DNA of 64,000 nt from a virus. Its lineage: Duplodnaviria; Caudoviricetes. Below are positions 35,041-44,678 of the stretch, piece after piece; the first letter of the stretch is position 1, and each line of letters starts with the position of its first letter. The stretch is taken from the IMG/VR virus record IMGVR_UViG_2773857812_000003, positions 17,913 through 81,912 of that record; one strand, written 5' to 3'. Position numbers and translations under genes: made by a program. Below the pieces are notes generated by a model. That model had not been told where the DNA came from, did no database searches, and saw only the letters and a program-made list of their open reading frames with translations.

Positions 35041-35541
35041 TCAGGTCTTTTTCTTGTGCGAGGCGGGAGCCGGACGCGGGAATAGAAACGCGAAGGCGAT
35101 GCGCCGCCGCCAGGCGGTGGTGAGCGGTTCCTCGATCACGCCGAGCCGCTCATAACTGTGGATGAAGCTGCCGTCGCCGGTCAGGATGCCGACATGCTTG
35201 ACGATGGCGCCCGCGCGCATGCGAAACAGCACCACCGCGCCGGGACCGGCCGTCTCGGGGTCGATGCGGATCAGCACCCGGCCGGCATTCTCGGCCAGAA
35301 CCTCGCGCGTGCCGATCTCGCCCCAATCGCGGCTGTAGGGTGGCACCGGCAGCGTCTCGCTTCCGACCACCTCGCGCCAGACGCCGCGCGCCAGCCCGAG
35401 GCAGTCGCAGCCGGCGCCCCGGACGCTGGCCTGGTCGTGATAGGGCGTGCCGAGCCAGCCGCGCGCGGCGGCGATCACCCGCACCGGATCGGCGGGCCGG
35501 GCATCAGATGTTGCATGCGGTGCAACATGTGCCGCGCCCAT
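35041..35541 (-). CDS. NlpC/P60 tail peptidase (RcGTA g14-like)
   Basis: ARGWLGTPYHDQAS...GCDCLGL...KHVGI. Confidence 0.9.
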   Translation of the reverse strand: MGAAHVAPHATSDARPADPVRVIAAARGWLGTPYHDQASVRGAGCDCLGLARGVWREVVGSETLPVPPYSRDWGEIGTREVLAENAGRVLIRIDPETAGPGAVVLFRMRAGAIVKHVGILTGDGSFIHSYERLGVIEEPLTTAWRRRIAFAFLFPRPAPASHKKKT

Positions 35542-36425
35542 CACAGCACCGCCCCTTCGTGCCCACCGTCCTGGCTCGCGTATCGAACCACAGTGTCTTG
35601 CCCCGGAATGTGCGGGAAGCCACGGAAGTTGAGAATGTTCGAGAACTTCGCCGCGCAGGTCTCGGCGCGCTTGTCGCAGCCGGCGCGGATGGTGAAGACA
35701 TCGCCGCTGGTGATCACCCGTACCGGCGCCTCCAGCAGGGTGATGGTGACCACGCCAGAGGCGACCTCGTGCAGCATGATCTCTTCGCGGCGACCGGAAT
35801 TGCCTCCGGATGTCCATTCCAGCACCCCGAAGGCAAACCAGCCATTGGCGAAGCCACTGATCCCGGAGGCGGTGAAGACCCGGTCGCGGACCTTATCAAG
35901 CACCGCGCCGGCCCCGGAATAGGCCGCGTCGTTCAGATCGATGCCGCACCGTTCGTCCCCCAGCGCCGCATCGCAGGTGCCCTGAAACACCCGGCCGACG
36001 GTCTGGCCCAGCACATGCGCCATGCTGCGCACCTCGGCCACAAAACTCATGCGACCACGCCGCAACTCGCCGATCGCGCCACGCCGGATCAGCACCCGCT
36101 GGCCTGGGGCGCTCCAGTTCACCCGCCAGACCTCGACCAGCGCATTGTCCCAACGCCCGTCCAGAATATCGGTCTCGGTGATCCGGTCCGAGGTGAGCGC
36201 GCCCTCGGCGTCCTGCGAATCCACCGACAGGTCGGAGCCAGATCGGATTTCCGAGGCCGACAGCCCGCTTTCCGGCTCGAAACCGGTACCGGCGAAGGAA
36301 AGCGCTCGATCATGATCGGTGAAGCCGAAACTCACGCCATCGGATCGGGTGATCTTCCAGCACCAGGCCAGCGTCGTCGTGCCGCTGTCGAGGTGGGCCT
36401 GCAGGGCAGGGGAGAGGGATTTCAT
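35541..36425 (-). CDS. Baseplate hub DUF2163/BR0599 (RcGTA g13-like)
   Basis: GFTDHDR, CDAALGDERC, GCDK...C..KF.N..NFRGFPHIPG. Confidence 0.92.
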   Translation of the reverse strand: MKSLSPALQAHLDSGTTTLAWCWKITRSDGVSFGFTDHDRALSFAGTGFEPESGLSASEIRSGSDLSVDSQDAEGALTSDRITETDILDGRWDNALVEVWRVNWSAPGQRVLIRRGAIGELRRGRMSFVAEVRSMAHVLGQTVGRVFQGTCDAALGDERCGIDLNDAAYSGAGAVLDKVRDRVFTASGISGFANGWFAFGVLEWTSGGNSGRREEIMLHEVASGVVTITLLEAPVRVITSGDVFTIRAGCDKRAETCAAKFSNILNFRGFPHIPGQDTVVRYASQDGGHEGAVL

Positions 36426-37048
36426 CGGCGGATTTCCACGAGCGGGATGGAGGTGATCGAGCCGAGCCGCTCGATATCGAGGGTGACGTCCAGCGCATCG
36501 GAATCGAAGCGAACTGGCACGTCGAACTCGAAGCCGGCGCGCACGGCCACGCCGTTACCTGGGGGCGCGGCGAAGGTGACGGTTCCGGTCGCCGGATCGA
36601 CGGTCCAGCCTGATGGCTGGCTAACGCCGCCCTGCGCGATGCTGATTGTGCCCGCCACCGGCTTGGTGATGGTGCGGACCCATGTCTGCGACCCGGAAGC
36701 GTATCGCTTCACCAGCTGGAAGGCGGTGCGTGTGCCGTCCCCCGTCCCGATCAGCTGGTCGGCAGCATTCGGCGTCTCGCTCGGCTTGCAGGATTTGTGA
36801 TCAGCCCAGTCCTTGAAGCGGAAGCCGTGCAGCCGCCCGTTGCGGGCCTCGAAGAAGGCCACCACCGCGTCGAGATCATCGGCGCGGCGGATACCATAGG
36901 AGATGTCATAGCGGCGGCGCGAGTTGGCCCAGCTTGCGTTTCGTTCCTCGTCGCCCGAGGCCAGTTCCACGATCTTGGTGCGCCGTTCCGGGCCGCCACG
37001 CGCGCCGCGGCTGATATTGTCCGGGAAGCGGACCTCGTGAAACGCCAT
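36422..37048 (-). CDS. Distal tail protein DUF2460 (RcGTA g12-like)
   Basis: MAFHEVRFP, FFEARNGRLHGFRFKDW, AGFEFDVPVRFD. Confidence 0.92.
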   Translation of the reverse strand: MAFHEVRFPDNISRGARGGPERRTKIVELASGDEERNASWANSRRRYDISYGIRRADDLDAVVAFFEARNGRLHGFRFKDWADHKSCKPSETPNAADQLIGTGDGTRTAFQLVKRYASGSQTWVRTITKPVAGTISIAQGGVSQPSGWTVDPATGTVTFAAPPGNGVAVRAGFEFDVPVRFDSDALDVTLDIERLGSITSIPLVEIRR

Positions 37049-37163
37049 AAGCGCCTCCTTCGATAAAGCAATGATATTGCGGTGATTTACCTTCATTCCG
37101 GGCGATTGCAGAGCGATGGTGATGACAAGGAAAGCGATATCGCCTCACCAGGGAGACCACGCC

Positions 37164-37358
37164 ATGACCAGCGCCACCGACACCCTTCCCGACATGATCG
37201 AGGTCAACGGGGAACGCTTTTTCAAGACCCGGCTCACCAATATCGCGATGAAGGGCCATGTCTGGGGCGAGGGGGTCGAGATGCGCGAATACTGGCGCGA
37301 CGGCAAAGACGATTGTCGCCTGCAGGTGCGCACGGAAAACGACTACGTTCTCGACTGA
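37164..37358 (+). CDS. Small hypothetical moron, antisense to the tail operon
   Basis: GGGAG RBS; shared upstream motif at 37063; hairpin at 37381-37401. Confidence 0.7.
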   Translation: MTSATDTLPDMIEVNGERFFKTRLTNIAMKGHVWGEGVEMREYWRDGKDDCRLQVRTENDYVLD

Positions 37359-37380
37359 CCACGCCCGCATAACTGCCCGC

Positions 37381-37401
37381 GCCCGGCCCGAAAGGCCGGG
37401 C
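37381..37401 (+). terminator. Hairpin terminator after the moron
   Basis: GCCCGGCC-CGAAA-GGCCGGGC followed by TTCTC. Confidence 0.55.
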
Positions 37402-37404
37402 TTC

Positions 37405-39804
37405 TCACATTCCCCTCCTTCCCATGGCGACGGCCCGCGCGATATCTGCCGAAATCTGCGCCCGCGACTGCCGGAAGCTCTCGGCATCGCGGGCGTTGAT
37501 GTTGATGGTGACCCCACCTGCGCCGCTGGCGACCTCCCGGCGCGAGAGCACCCGCTCGCCCTTCTGCAGGATTGCCGGCACCTCGTCCGAGCGCAGGCCC
37601 GCCCAGCCGCCGGAATGCATCCGGGGCGCATTGGCGAAGGCCATGGCCGAGACCATGCGGGATGGCGCTGCACCGCCGACCATGCCGCCGGCATGGAGGA
37701 TCGGCACATTCAGCCCCGGCATGACGCCCGACAGAATCCCGGCCAGCGGCCCGAGCAGGAAGCGGCGCGCGCCGAGCTTCGCCATGTCGGCCAGCATCGA
37801 GGTCACGAGGTCGCGGAAGTTCAGCTTGCCGGCCTTGACGAAATCGCCGACCGCATTCTCGGCGCTCTGGAAGGCCCCGACCAGCGCGTTGCCGATATCG
37901 CCACCAATGCTGCGGGCCTTTTCCGCATAGTCGGAGAGCGAGGCCACCACCGCGTCCCAGCCCTGTTTCGCCTGTTCCGCGCCGTTTGTAGTGTCTTCAC
38001 CGGCTTTCTTGCCAGCCGCACCGGCCCGGCCTGCGGCGCCACCGGCGCGATCCATGGCACCGGCAACCCGCTCGGCCGCGCCAGCCGCATCGTCCAGCGC
38101 GTTCGCGCCATCCTCGCCTGAGGCGGTGACCGCATCCTTCAGCGCCTGCCAGCTTTCCAGCGGCGCAACCGCCGCCGCGCCCAGTGCCTGCGCGGCGTCG
38201 AGATGTGCAGACGCTGCCGCGGCCGCCTGATCGGCAAGATCACCGAACAGGTCGGGGGGCTTGATGTAGCTCCGGTCCCAGGCATCGGCGAATGCGCCTG
38301 CCGCGGCGCTCCCTGCATCAGATGCGGATCCCTCGAACGGGTTGTCGATGCGGCCGATGTTGAACGGGTCCAAGGTTCCGATCTGCGCTCCGCCTTCGCC
38401 GACAGCCCATTCGGGCAGCATGGCGAGGGCGGCGTTGATGCCGGAGATGAAACTATTGATGCGGGTGACGACGCCGTTCAGCATCGCCTCGACCCCGGCG
38501 ATTAACCCGTTCGCCGCCTTGAACGCCAGATCGCCAATGGCATCCGGCAGCAATGCCCAGATCGCCTTGATCGCCTCAAACCCGCCGTGCCAGACCGCAA
38601 CATATCGGTCCACGGCGGTGACGCCCCCGGTCACGATCAGGTCGAGCACCGTGAACACATAGGCGCGATAGCCATCCCAGGCCGCATTGAGCAGCGCGAA
38701 CGATGCCTGGAAGGCCAGGACGATGCGCTGGCCGACCTCCTTTGCGACATCGCCTAGCAGCTTGAACGCCGTGCCGATGCCGCCGACTGATTTGACCAGC
38801 GAGGAAAACTGGTAGATCAGCTCGCCCGCCGCGACGATCAGCGCGCCGATGCCGGTGCGGATCAGCGCCCCCCGCAGCACGGTCAGCGCCGTGGACAGCG
38901 AGAAGGTCGCGACACGGGCGGCGACAAAAGCCGCCACCCAGCGCCCGGCCATGAAGCCGGCGAAGGCAATCGCGAGCGAGGCGAGGCGTTCGATATTGTC
39001 CGCGACAAGGATCAGCACAGAGGCGACGGTGGAGGAGGCACCCAGAAGCTGATCCCAGCTGCCAACCAGTTGCAGCGCCGCATTGCCGATCAGCGTGAAC
39101 GCGTCGCCGATGGTGGCCGGCATGGAGTCCGCTTCCTCGCGCAGCAGCTCCAGATTGCCGACCAGCGCGGTGCGGATCACCTCGCCGGTGATCGCGCCCT
39201 GCGTTCCCATCACCCGCAGGCCGGAAACTGTGGTGCCGAGTTCCGCAGCCAGCAGTTCGGCCACCCGGCCGCCGGTCTGGATCACCGTGTTCAGGTTATC
39301 GCCAGACAGGCTGCCCAGCGCCATCGCCTTCGAGAGCGCGTTCTGGACCGAGGCCGCGCGCTCGGCCTTTGCGCCCGAGACCACCATGGCGTTGTTCAGC
39401 GCCTCGGTGAAATCGAGGCTCTCGGCGGTGGAAAGTCCGAGTTCGCGCAGGGCGGTGGCGTTCGAGAGCCAGCTTTCGGTCGTCTGCTCGATTCCCGAAT
39501 AGGTGCGCCGCGCCATCTGCGCGAGCCGGTCCATGACGGCGGCGCCCTTCTCCTGCGACCCGGTCGCCAGATCGACGCGCGAGCGCAGATCCGTCCATGT
39601 ATCGGCATATTGCGCCACCTGCCGAATGCTGAGCGCGCCGGCGGCAATGCCTGCCAAACGCCGCAGCATGATGCCTGCGTGATCCACCTCGGCCGACATG
39701 CGCTTGAAGCTCTCTGCACCCGCATGGCCGACGCCTTCCAGTTCCGCGCGGACCTGGCGTCCGTTCTCAGCGACGAGACGAACGGAAACTTTCTTCTCGG
39801 CCAT
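37405..39804 (-). CDS. Tail tape measure protein
   Basis: MAEKKVSVRL, Ala-rich helical body, HAGG/HSGG and DEVPAILQKGERV C-terminus. Confidence 0.92.
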   Translation of the reverse strand: MAEKKVSVRLVAENGRQVRAELEGVGHAGAESFKRMSAEVDHAGIMLRRLAGIAAGALSIRQVAQYADTWTDLRSRVDLATGSQEKGAAVMDRLAQMARRTYSGIEQTTESWLSNATALRELGLSTAESLDFTEALNNAMVVSGAKAERAASVQNALSKAMALGSLSGDNLNTVIQTGGRVAELLAAELGTTVSGLRVMGTQGAITGEVIRTALVGNLELLREEADSMPATIGDAFTLIGNAALQLVGSWDQLLGASSTVASVLILVADNIERLASLAIAFAGFMAGRWVAAFVAARVATFSLSTALTVLRGALIRTGIGALIVAAGELIYQFSSLVKSVGGIGTAFKLLGDVAKEVGQRIVLAFQASFALLNAAWDGYRAYVFTVLDLIVTGGVTAVDRYVAVWHGGFEAIKAIWALLPDAIGDLAFKAANGLIAGVEAMLNGVVTRINSFISGINAALAMLPEWAVGEGGAQIGTLDPFNIGRIDNPFEGSASDAGSAAAGAFADAWDRSYIKPPDLFGDLADQAAAAASAHLDAAQALGAAAVAPLESWQALKDAVTASGEDGANALDDAAGAAERVAGAMDRAGGAAGRAGAAGKKAGEDTTNGAEQAKQGWDAVVASLSDYAEKARSIGGDIGNALVGAFQSAENAVGDFVKAGKLNFRDLVTSMLADMAKLGARRFLLGPLAGILSGVMPGLNVPILHAGGMVGGAAPSRMVSAMAFANAPRMHSGGWAGLRSDEVPAILQKGERVLSRREVASGAGGVTININARDAESFRQSRAQISADIARAVAMGRRGM

Positions 39805-40129
39805 CGCCTCTGCCTTCCTCGATCTTCTGGTTTGTCCTGCGGATCATTTCCGCCTCGATCACCGGCAGCAGTTCCACGACCGCGAGCGGTGCAATGCCAA
39901 GGGCGCGGCCCATTTCCAGCGCCGCGCCCATGTCCCAGCCGAGAACCGCGCCGGGGATCGCCCGGACCTGCCCGCTCAGCCGCCCGGCCAGATCCCAGAC
40001 CTGCCAGCCCTCTTGCGTTTCGGGACTGTTCAGCCGGGCAGGGCAGTCGGGGCAGTGTCCGGGGCAGGCTGCGCAATATCGCTCGCCCCCGCCGAAATGC
40101 CATTCGGCGAGGGCGCGGAGCCGTTTTTT
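39767..40129 (-). CDS. gpT-like extension of the tail assembly chaperone (probably reached by -1 frameshift)
   Basis: The -1 frame after A AAA AAC reads KRLRALAEWHFGGGERYCAAC...CPDCP. Confidence 0.7.
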   Translation of the reverse strand, partial: KKRLRALAEWHFGGGERYCAACPGHCPDCPARLNSPETQEGWQVWDLAGRLSGQVRAIPGAVLGWDMGAALEMGRALGIAPLAVVELLPVIEAEMIRRTNQKIEEGRGDGREESFRSSRR

Positions 40130-40467
40130 TCCGCATCCAGCACCAGATAGGGGCCCAGAACCTTTTCCTGGAATGCCTCGAACACCGGCCAGATGTTCAA
40201 GAGCGCGTCGATGCCTTCGGGCGTCACCGGAAGGTCGATGCCCTCGGCGTCGCCGACGCCCGACCATTCGGTAATCACCATTCTGGCGACGGCCTGCGCC
40301 ATGGCCACGGCCAGCACTTCCTTCGGCGCATCCGCGTCGAGGGTATCGAGGGAGACATCGGAGCGCGCGGCGGCCATGATGGATGTGGTGATCGGGGCGA
40401 CCCGGATCATCAGCCCCGGCAGCAGATCGATCCAGCGCGGCTCGGTGGTCATGTTAAGTCGGATCAT
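40030..40467 (-). CDS. Tail assembly chaperone (gpG-like)
   Basis: Between tail tube and tape measure; ITEWSGVGD motif; slippery site at 40123-40129. Confidence 0.8.
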   Translation of the reverse strand: MIRLNMTTEPRWIDLLPGLMIRVAPITTSIMAAARSDVSLDTLDADAPKEVLAVAMAQAVARMVITEWSGVGDAEGIDLPVTPEGIDALLNIWPVFEAFQEKVLGPYLVLDAEKNGSAPSPNGISAGASDIAQPAPDTAPTALPG

Positions 40468-40470
40468 GGT

Positions 40471-41415
40471 TCAATATTCCTCGGTGTTGTTGACAAGGGT
40501 GATGGTTGCCATGCGCGCCGGGCTGGCGGCCTTCGCCGCCTGCCAGTCGAAGCTGGCCTGAATGCCTTGCGGCCCGCTGATCTCGACGCGGGGGCGCGGC
40601 AGATAGACGGCATGTGCGGTGAAGGTCAGGCTTTCGCCGCTGGTCAGGGTGTATGCGAATTCCAATTCGCACGGCCCGCCGGCGATGGCCTGGTTCATCA
40701 GCACCATATCGGCAAAGCGCAGCTCGATCTGGCCGGTCAGCGCGGCGATGGACGGGTCCGCACCGTCGATCATGCCGTCGGCACGAATGGTCTCGATCCG
40801 GTCGAGATTGTTGGCATAGGTGATCTGGGCCGAGATCACATTGCCCAGTGCTGTGCCATTGCGCGTGATGGCGCCGTTGAAATGCCCGAAGCGGATCAGG
40901 TCCAGATCAGCCAGCGTGCCGGCCTGCGAGGTGCTGACGACGGTCTCGCCCTGCGCCACAAGCTGGGCGCTGGCGGTCAACAGGCCGGAACGCTGCATGG
41001 TCCAACTGAGCTGGTTGACCATGACGCCCGAATACATGGCAAAGCGCGGGATTTCCGGCATGGCGACCTCAACCGCCATGCTGGGCAGCGTCCAGCCGCC
41101 CGAGCGGAATTCATGCGTGTAGGGCCCCGGCGCAGTTCCGGTCGTGACCGGCGCCCCGAACGCGGCCTTGAGCCAGAAGCCGAACGCCTCGGCATCGATG
41201 GGGATGGTCAGATCGCCATCCGCGGTGATCGCATCCTTGACCGGCGCCAGCGGATCGCGGCCATAGCCCAGCAGTTCCGACGAGAGCAGCGGCTGCTCAG
41301 CGCTCAGCGTCGAGGACGCGAAGGGCAGGCGGGTGTAACCGCTGGCCGGCGCGGTGCCGTAGACAGTCTCGAACGCGACCGCGAGTTGCGACCGCGCACC
41401 TTGGGCGCGTGCCAT
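40471..41415 (-). CDS. Major tail tube protein
   Basis: MARAQGARSQLAVAFETVYGT; position in the tail operon. Confidence 0.85.
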   Translation of the reverse strand: MARAQGARSQLAVAFETVYGTAPASGYTRLPFASSTLSAEQPLLSSELLGYGRDPLAPVKDAITADGDLTIPIDAEAFGFWLKAAFGAPVTTGTAPGPYTHEFRSGGWTLPSMAVEVAMPEIPRFAMYSGVMVNQLSWTMQRSGLLTASAQLVAQGETVVSTSQAGTLADLDLIRFGHFNGAITRNGTALGNVISAQITYANNLDRIETIRADGMIDGADPSIAALTGQIELRFADMVLMNQAIAGGPCELEFAYTLTSGESLTFTAHAVYLPRPRVEISGPQGIQASFDWQAAKAASPARMATITLVNNTEEY

Positions 41416-41490
41416 GGGGGATTCCTTTCATTCGACGGATTGCCGGGATGAAGCTTGATATCGGGCTCTGCCCGAGGGCATTCCCGGCGC

Positions 41491-41907
41491 ATGAAGTCAT
41501 TCTCGTTTCTTCGGACTGCTGTCCTTGCCGTCATCCTGTCCGGTTGTGCGCCGCCACCGCCGCAACAGGCCGATGTCCCGCAGGGCTCAACAGCGTTTTC
41601 TGGTAACGTCAGCAGGGTGATCGACGGCGATACCTTTGCGCTTCAGGGCGAGAGCCGCCGGATCCGGGTCTGGGGTCTGGACGCGCAGGAATGGAACCGG
41701 CAGGGTGGATCTGATGCTACTGCGGCGATGCGGCAGTTGGTTTTGGGCAGAAGCCTGCACTGCAGCCAGCGCGACATCGACCGCTACGACCGCATCGTCG
41801 CCCAATGCTTCCTGCCCGATGGCCGTGACATCGCCGCCGTGATGATCCGGGCGGGTGTTGCGACCGAATATTGCCGCTATTCACGGGGCTATTACGGCAC
41901 CTGCTGA
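41491..41907 (+). CDS. Lipoprotein thermonuclease (SNase family) moron
   Basis: Lipobox LSGC; VIDGDT, IRVWGLDAQE, DRYDRIVA. Confidence 0.85.
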   Translation: MKSFSFLRTAVLAVILSGCAPPPPQQADVPQGSTAFSGNVSRVIDGDTFALQGESRRIRVWGLDAQEWNRQGGSDATAAMRQLVLGRSLHCSQRDIDRYDRIVAQCFLPDGRDIAAVMIRAGVATEYCRYSRGYYGTC

Positions 41908-41926
41908 AATCCGCAGGACCAGAGCC

Positions 41927-42349
41927 TCAGGCCAGAGGCCCGGTCGTGGTATAGTGCAGCACGACGGTGATCACCGCCGCCTTCAGCGCCGCCGCGCCAT
42001 CGACGGCCAGATCGACCGAGGCCGGGGCCTCCGGTTCGACCCAGTCGCAGAGCCCGCCGAGCGTCCGGTCAGCTTCCAGCGCTGCTCCGATGGTGCTGAT
42101 CAGGCCGTCGAAGGCGCTGGCCCGGCCGTTGCCAGTTTGGACGACGACCTCGAGCTCGGCGCGGTGCTGGTAGTGATAGCGCAATGGCGAGAGCGTTACC
42201 TCCGGCTCGCCCGGCTGGCCATCGCGCAGGATGATCAGCCCAGCCGCGGGGATCCGCTCGGGCAGCACCTCATCGCGCAGGGTAACGGCGGCAAGCGGCT
42301 GCAGCCGCGCGTGAAGCGCGGCGAGGATGGTTTCATAGGTGGTGGGCAT
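41927..42349 (-). CDS. Tail terminator/completion protein
   Basis: ALEADRTLGGLCDW; upstream of the tail tube. Confidence 0.75.
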   Translation of the reverse strand: MPTTYETILAALHARLQPLAAVTLRDEVLPERIPAAGLIILRDGQPGEPEVTLSPLRYHYQHRAELEVVVQTGNGRASAFDGLISTIGAALEADRTLGGLCDWVEPEAPASVDLAVDGAAALKAAVITVVLHYTTTGPLA

Positions 42350-42431
42350 AAATGGACAGCAAGTTTGTTGGGCGTGATTATCCGCCAGTTGAAAGCGTTT
42401 TGCCGTGCGAAGCTGTCAATGATCTGGATTT

Positions 42432-42995
42432 CTACGCCACAGCGGCAACTGCACCGGACAGTATCCCAACGAACATATCCAGTTGGCAAACAATTTCTAT
42501 CAGCCTCCCAACATCAGACTTACTGCCCGCTCCGCCCTCCATCTTTTTGATAAGCTCAGAGGCTTCGTTCCCAAGCTCTACCAGTTCATCGAGGACTTGA
42601 TCGCTTGTCTCGATGTTTTGATAGCCTTTGGCAATCAACGCGTCCAACGCAGTGTCTGAAAGCTTGATTCCATCGGGGACAGAAACTTTCGAAATCTGCT
42701 CTGCGCCACCGGAGTAAAGATTTTTCGCCTCGCTCAGATTGGCCTGGAACTGATCAAAATCAGGCTCCTGCGCCAGCCATATAGCCAGCGCATCCTGGAC
42801 GTGTGCGTTGGCTTTCATCAGTAGCGAAGCCCCGTTCCCAAGCTCGCTTGGCAGGTTTGGAATAAGCCTGCGGACTTCCGGTGGACCCGCATCGAAGATA
42901 TCGCGCATTGACGTTTCTTGGGCGCTCACGGACGTGATGGATATCGCGATTGCCGCAATGGTCGTCGCAATGATGCGCTGATTTGATCGATTCAT
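42432..42995 (-). CDS. Hypothetical exported helical protein (moron)
   Basis: Signal peptide ...ISITSVSA-Q; AT-richer DNA. Confidence 0.75.
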   Translation of the reverse strand: MNRSNQRIIATTIAAIAISITSVSAQETSMRDIFDAGPPEVRRLIPNLPSELGNGASLLMKANAHVQDALAIWLAQEPDFDQFQANLSEAKNLYSGGAEQISKVSVPDGIKLSDTALDALIAKGYQNIETSDQVLDELVELGNEASELIKKMEGGAGSKSDVGRLIEIVCQLDMFVGILSGAVAAVA

Positions 42996-42998
42996 CGG

Positions 42999-43637
42999 CT
43001 ATCCTCCGCTATTGCTGACTGTTCCGGACTGACTTTGACCGGTCGTGGTTTGATTTGATCCTAGCGAGGCACATTCCGTTTTGAGAAACTCTGGGTCCGA
43101 ATCTTTTCCTTTGGGGCAGAGCTCATTGAGAAGGCCAACCCACATTCCATCTGCAACGACGCCCTCATCGTTCATCTTCTTGGCAAGCCACAAACGGATT
43201 TCTAGGACTTTGTTCGCGTCTGGCCCGCCAGCCTTCGCTTCAAGCCCGTCGATGAACTGCTCCAGAGCAGCAAAACCGCTAGTCGCCTTCAGGGCGCGAG
43301 TATTCTCAGCGGCTTGTTCACTCGCCGTGTTGGCGGCCCAAAGTGCGCCACCGGCGGCCATGGCTGCGAACAATGCCGAAATTGCGGGGATTATCCAGCC
43401 ATTGGTTGAAGGCGGAGCATTGACAACCAGTCCTTTGGCCGCTTGCTCAAGGCTATCGAGGCGCGGCTCAATGGCTTGAAGCTTCAAGATTGCCCGAATG
43501 GCCTCTAAGTCAACGGTTTCAACACCTTCAACCACTTCAATGTGAAGCTTGCTCTCCCGTGCGATGGACTGAACCTTGGCAGCATCGAAGCTGTCTCCCA
43601 GCGATGCGGCAACGTCTGCAATTGGTTGCATCGCCAT
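42999..43637 (-). CDS. Hypothetical single-TM membrane protein (moron)
   Basis: Central TM WIIPAISALFAAMAAGGALWAA; AT-richer DNA. Confidence 0.7.
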   Translation of the reverse strand: MAMQPIADVAASLGDSFDAAKVQSIARESKLHIEVVEGVETVDLEAIRAILKLQAIEPRLDSLEQAAKGLVVNAPPSTNGWIIPAISALFAAMAAGGALWAANTASEQAAENTRALKATSGFAALEQFIDGLEAKAGGPDANKVLEIRLWLAKKMNDEGVVADGMWVGLLNELCPKGKDSDPEFLKTECASLGSNQTTTGQSQSGTVSNSGG

Positions 43638-43717
43638 CCAGTTGTCCTTTCAGCGTTCCGTCATCAATGGCCAGTCTACACCACTTCGCTTGTTGCCAAA
43701 GTCTGTTTTTTATCGGC

Positions 43718-44356
43718 TTATTCCGATGGTTGCATACCACCTTTCGCCCACTGTCTCACAATTAACCCCGGCAAGGCAGAATGCGCCCGATCGCTATCCC
43801 TTGCCAAGTCCAGCCGCTTGCGCAGTCTGACCTGCCTGACCATGAGAAAGATCGGCACGGTGGTCAGCCCGCGGCCGGTCCTGGACCGGGACGCCACGGC
43901 GCGCCCCTTGGCGTTCAGCCGGCCCTCGGCGACCAGCAGGCTGGGCCCGGTGCGACGTGGGATGAAGCGCAGTTTCAGCCCGGTCCTGGCCTCCCATTCA
44001 CGCGGGGTCGGGCGCTTGCCGCCTCGGCCCCTGCCGGCCGCATCGGTCGGGATCACCAGCCACAGCCCGCCCCTGGACCGGATCAGGGGGCCGGTGTCAT
44101 GCGCGCCGATGATCGCCGGAGCTTTCGACCAGACCAGCGCGGCGGCGTTCAGGCTGTTGTTGCCGGCAGGATAGTTCTGCGAGCGAATGGTGCGGGCAAG
44201 CCGCGCCCCAAGACCTGCGCCGGTGATCTGGCCGCGCCATGCTGTCTTGAGGCCGGTGCCGGCATCCCTGATTGCGGTTGACACGGCCTTTTCGCCGGCG
44301 GCGATCTCCGCCTGCATCAGCTTGGCGATATCCGTGACGGACAGGCTGATTTTCAT
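43718..44356 (-). CDS. Neck/tail completion protein (DUF6441-like)
   Basis: LKTAWRGQITGAGLGARLARTIRS and VPIF...QVRLRKRLDL. Confidence 0.8.
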   Translation of the reverse strand: MKISLSVTDIAKLMQAEIAAGEKAVSTAIRDAGTGLKTAWRGQITGAGLGARLARTIRSQNYPAGNNSLNAAALVWSKAPAIIGAHDTGPLIRSRGGLWLVIPTDAAGRGRGGKRPTPREWEARTGLKLRFIPRRTGPSLLVAEGRLNAKGRAVASRSRTGRGLTTVPIFLMVRQVRLRKRLDLARDSDRAHSALPGLIVRQWAKGGMQPSE

Positions 44357-44667
44357 GCCGGCCTCAGGTCCAGCGTCCAGATCAGCCGCTCGCGGTCGCG
44401 CAGGGGTTCCCCTTGGATAACATGGCTGTCCGCGCCGATGACGATCAGATCGCCGGGGCGCGGGGCCGGCAGATCGGCCACGCGGACGTCCACCATGGTG
44501 GTATCACTGACAAAGCGGCCGGCGCCGAACTCGGTGACGCGGTCCGGGGCGCGGGCGATGATGCGGATCGTGCGCTCCTCGGAGGTGCTGGCCGAGATCC
44601 ACAGCGCCGGCACCGCCATGGCGGCATGGTTGAAGATGCGGTCCATGGCGTTGGCGAAGGCGGACAT
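44353..44667 (-). CDS. Head-tail joining protein (gpFII-like)
   Basis: PRPGDLIVIG...IQGEPLRD; follows the major capsid gene. Confidence 0.8.
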   Translation of the reverse strand: MSAFANAMDRIFNHAAMAVPALWISASTSEERTIRIIARAPDRVTEFGAGRFVSDTTMVDVRVADLPAPRPGDLIVIGADSHVIQGEPLRDRERLIWTLDLRPA

Positions 44668-44678
44668 GGAAGGGCTCG

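Noticed and set aside
30475-37048. Gene transfer agent cluster
   Set aside because: Embedded in an element with a lambda-type head, Rep, MTases, lysis genes and an att site.
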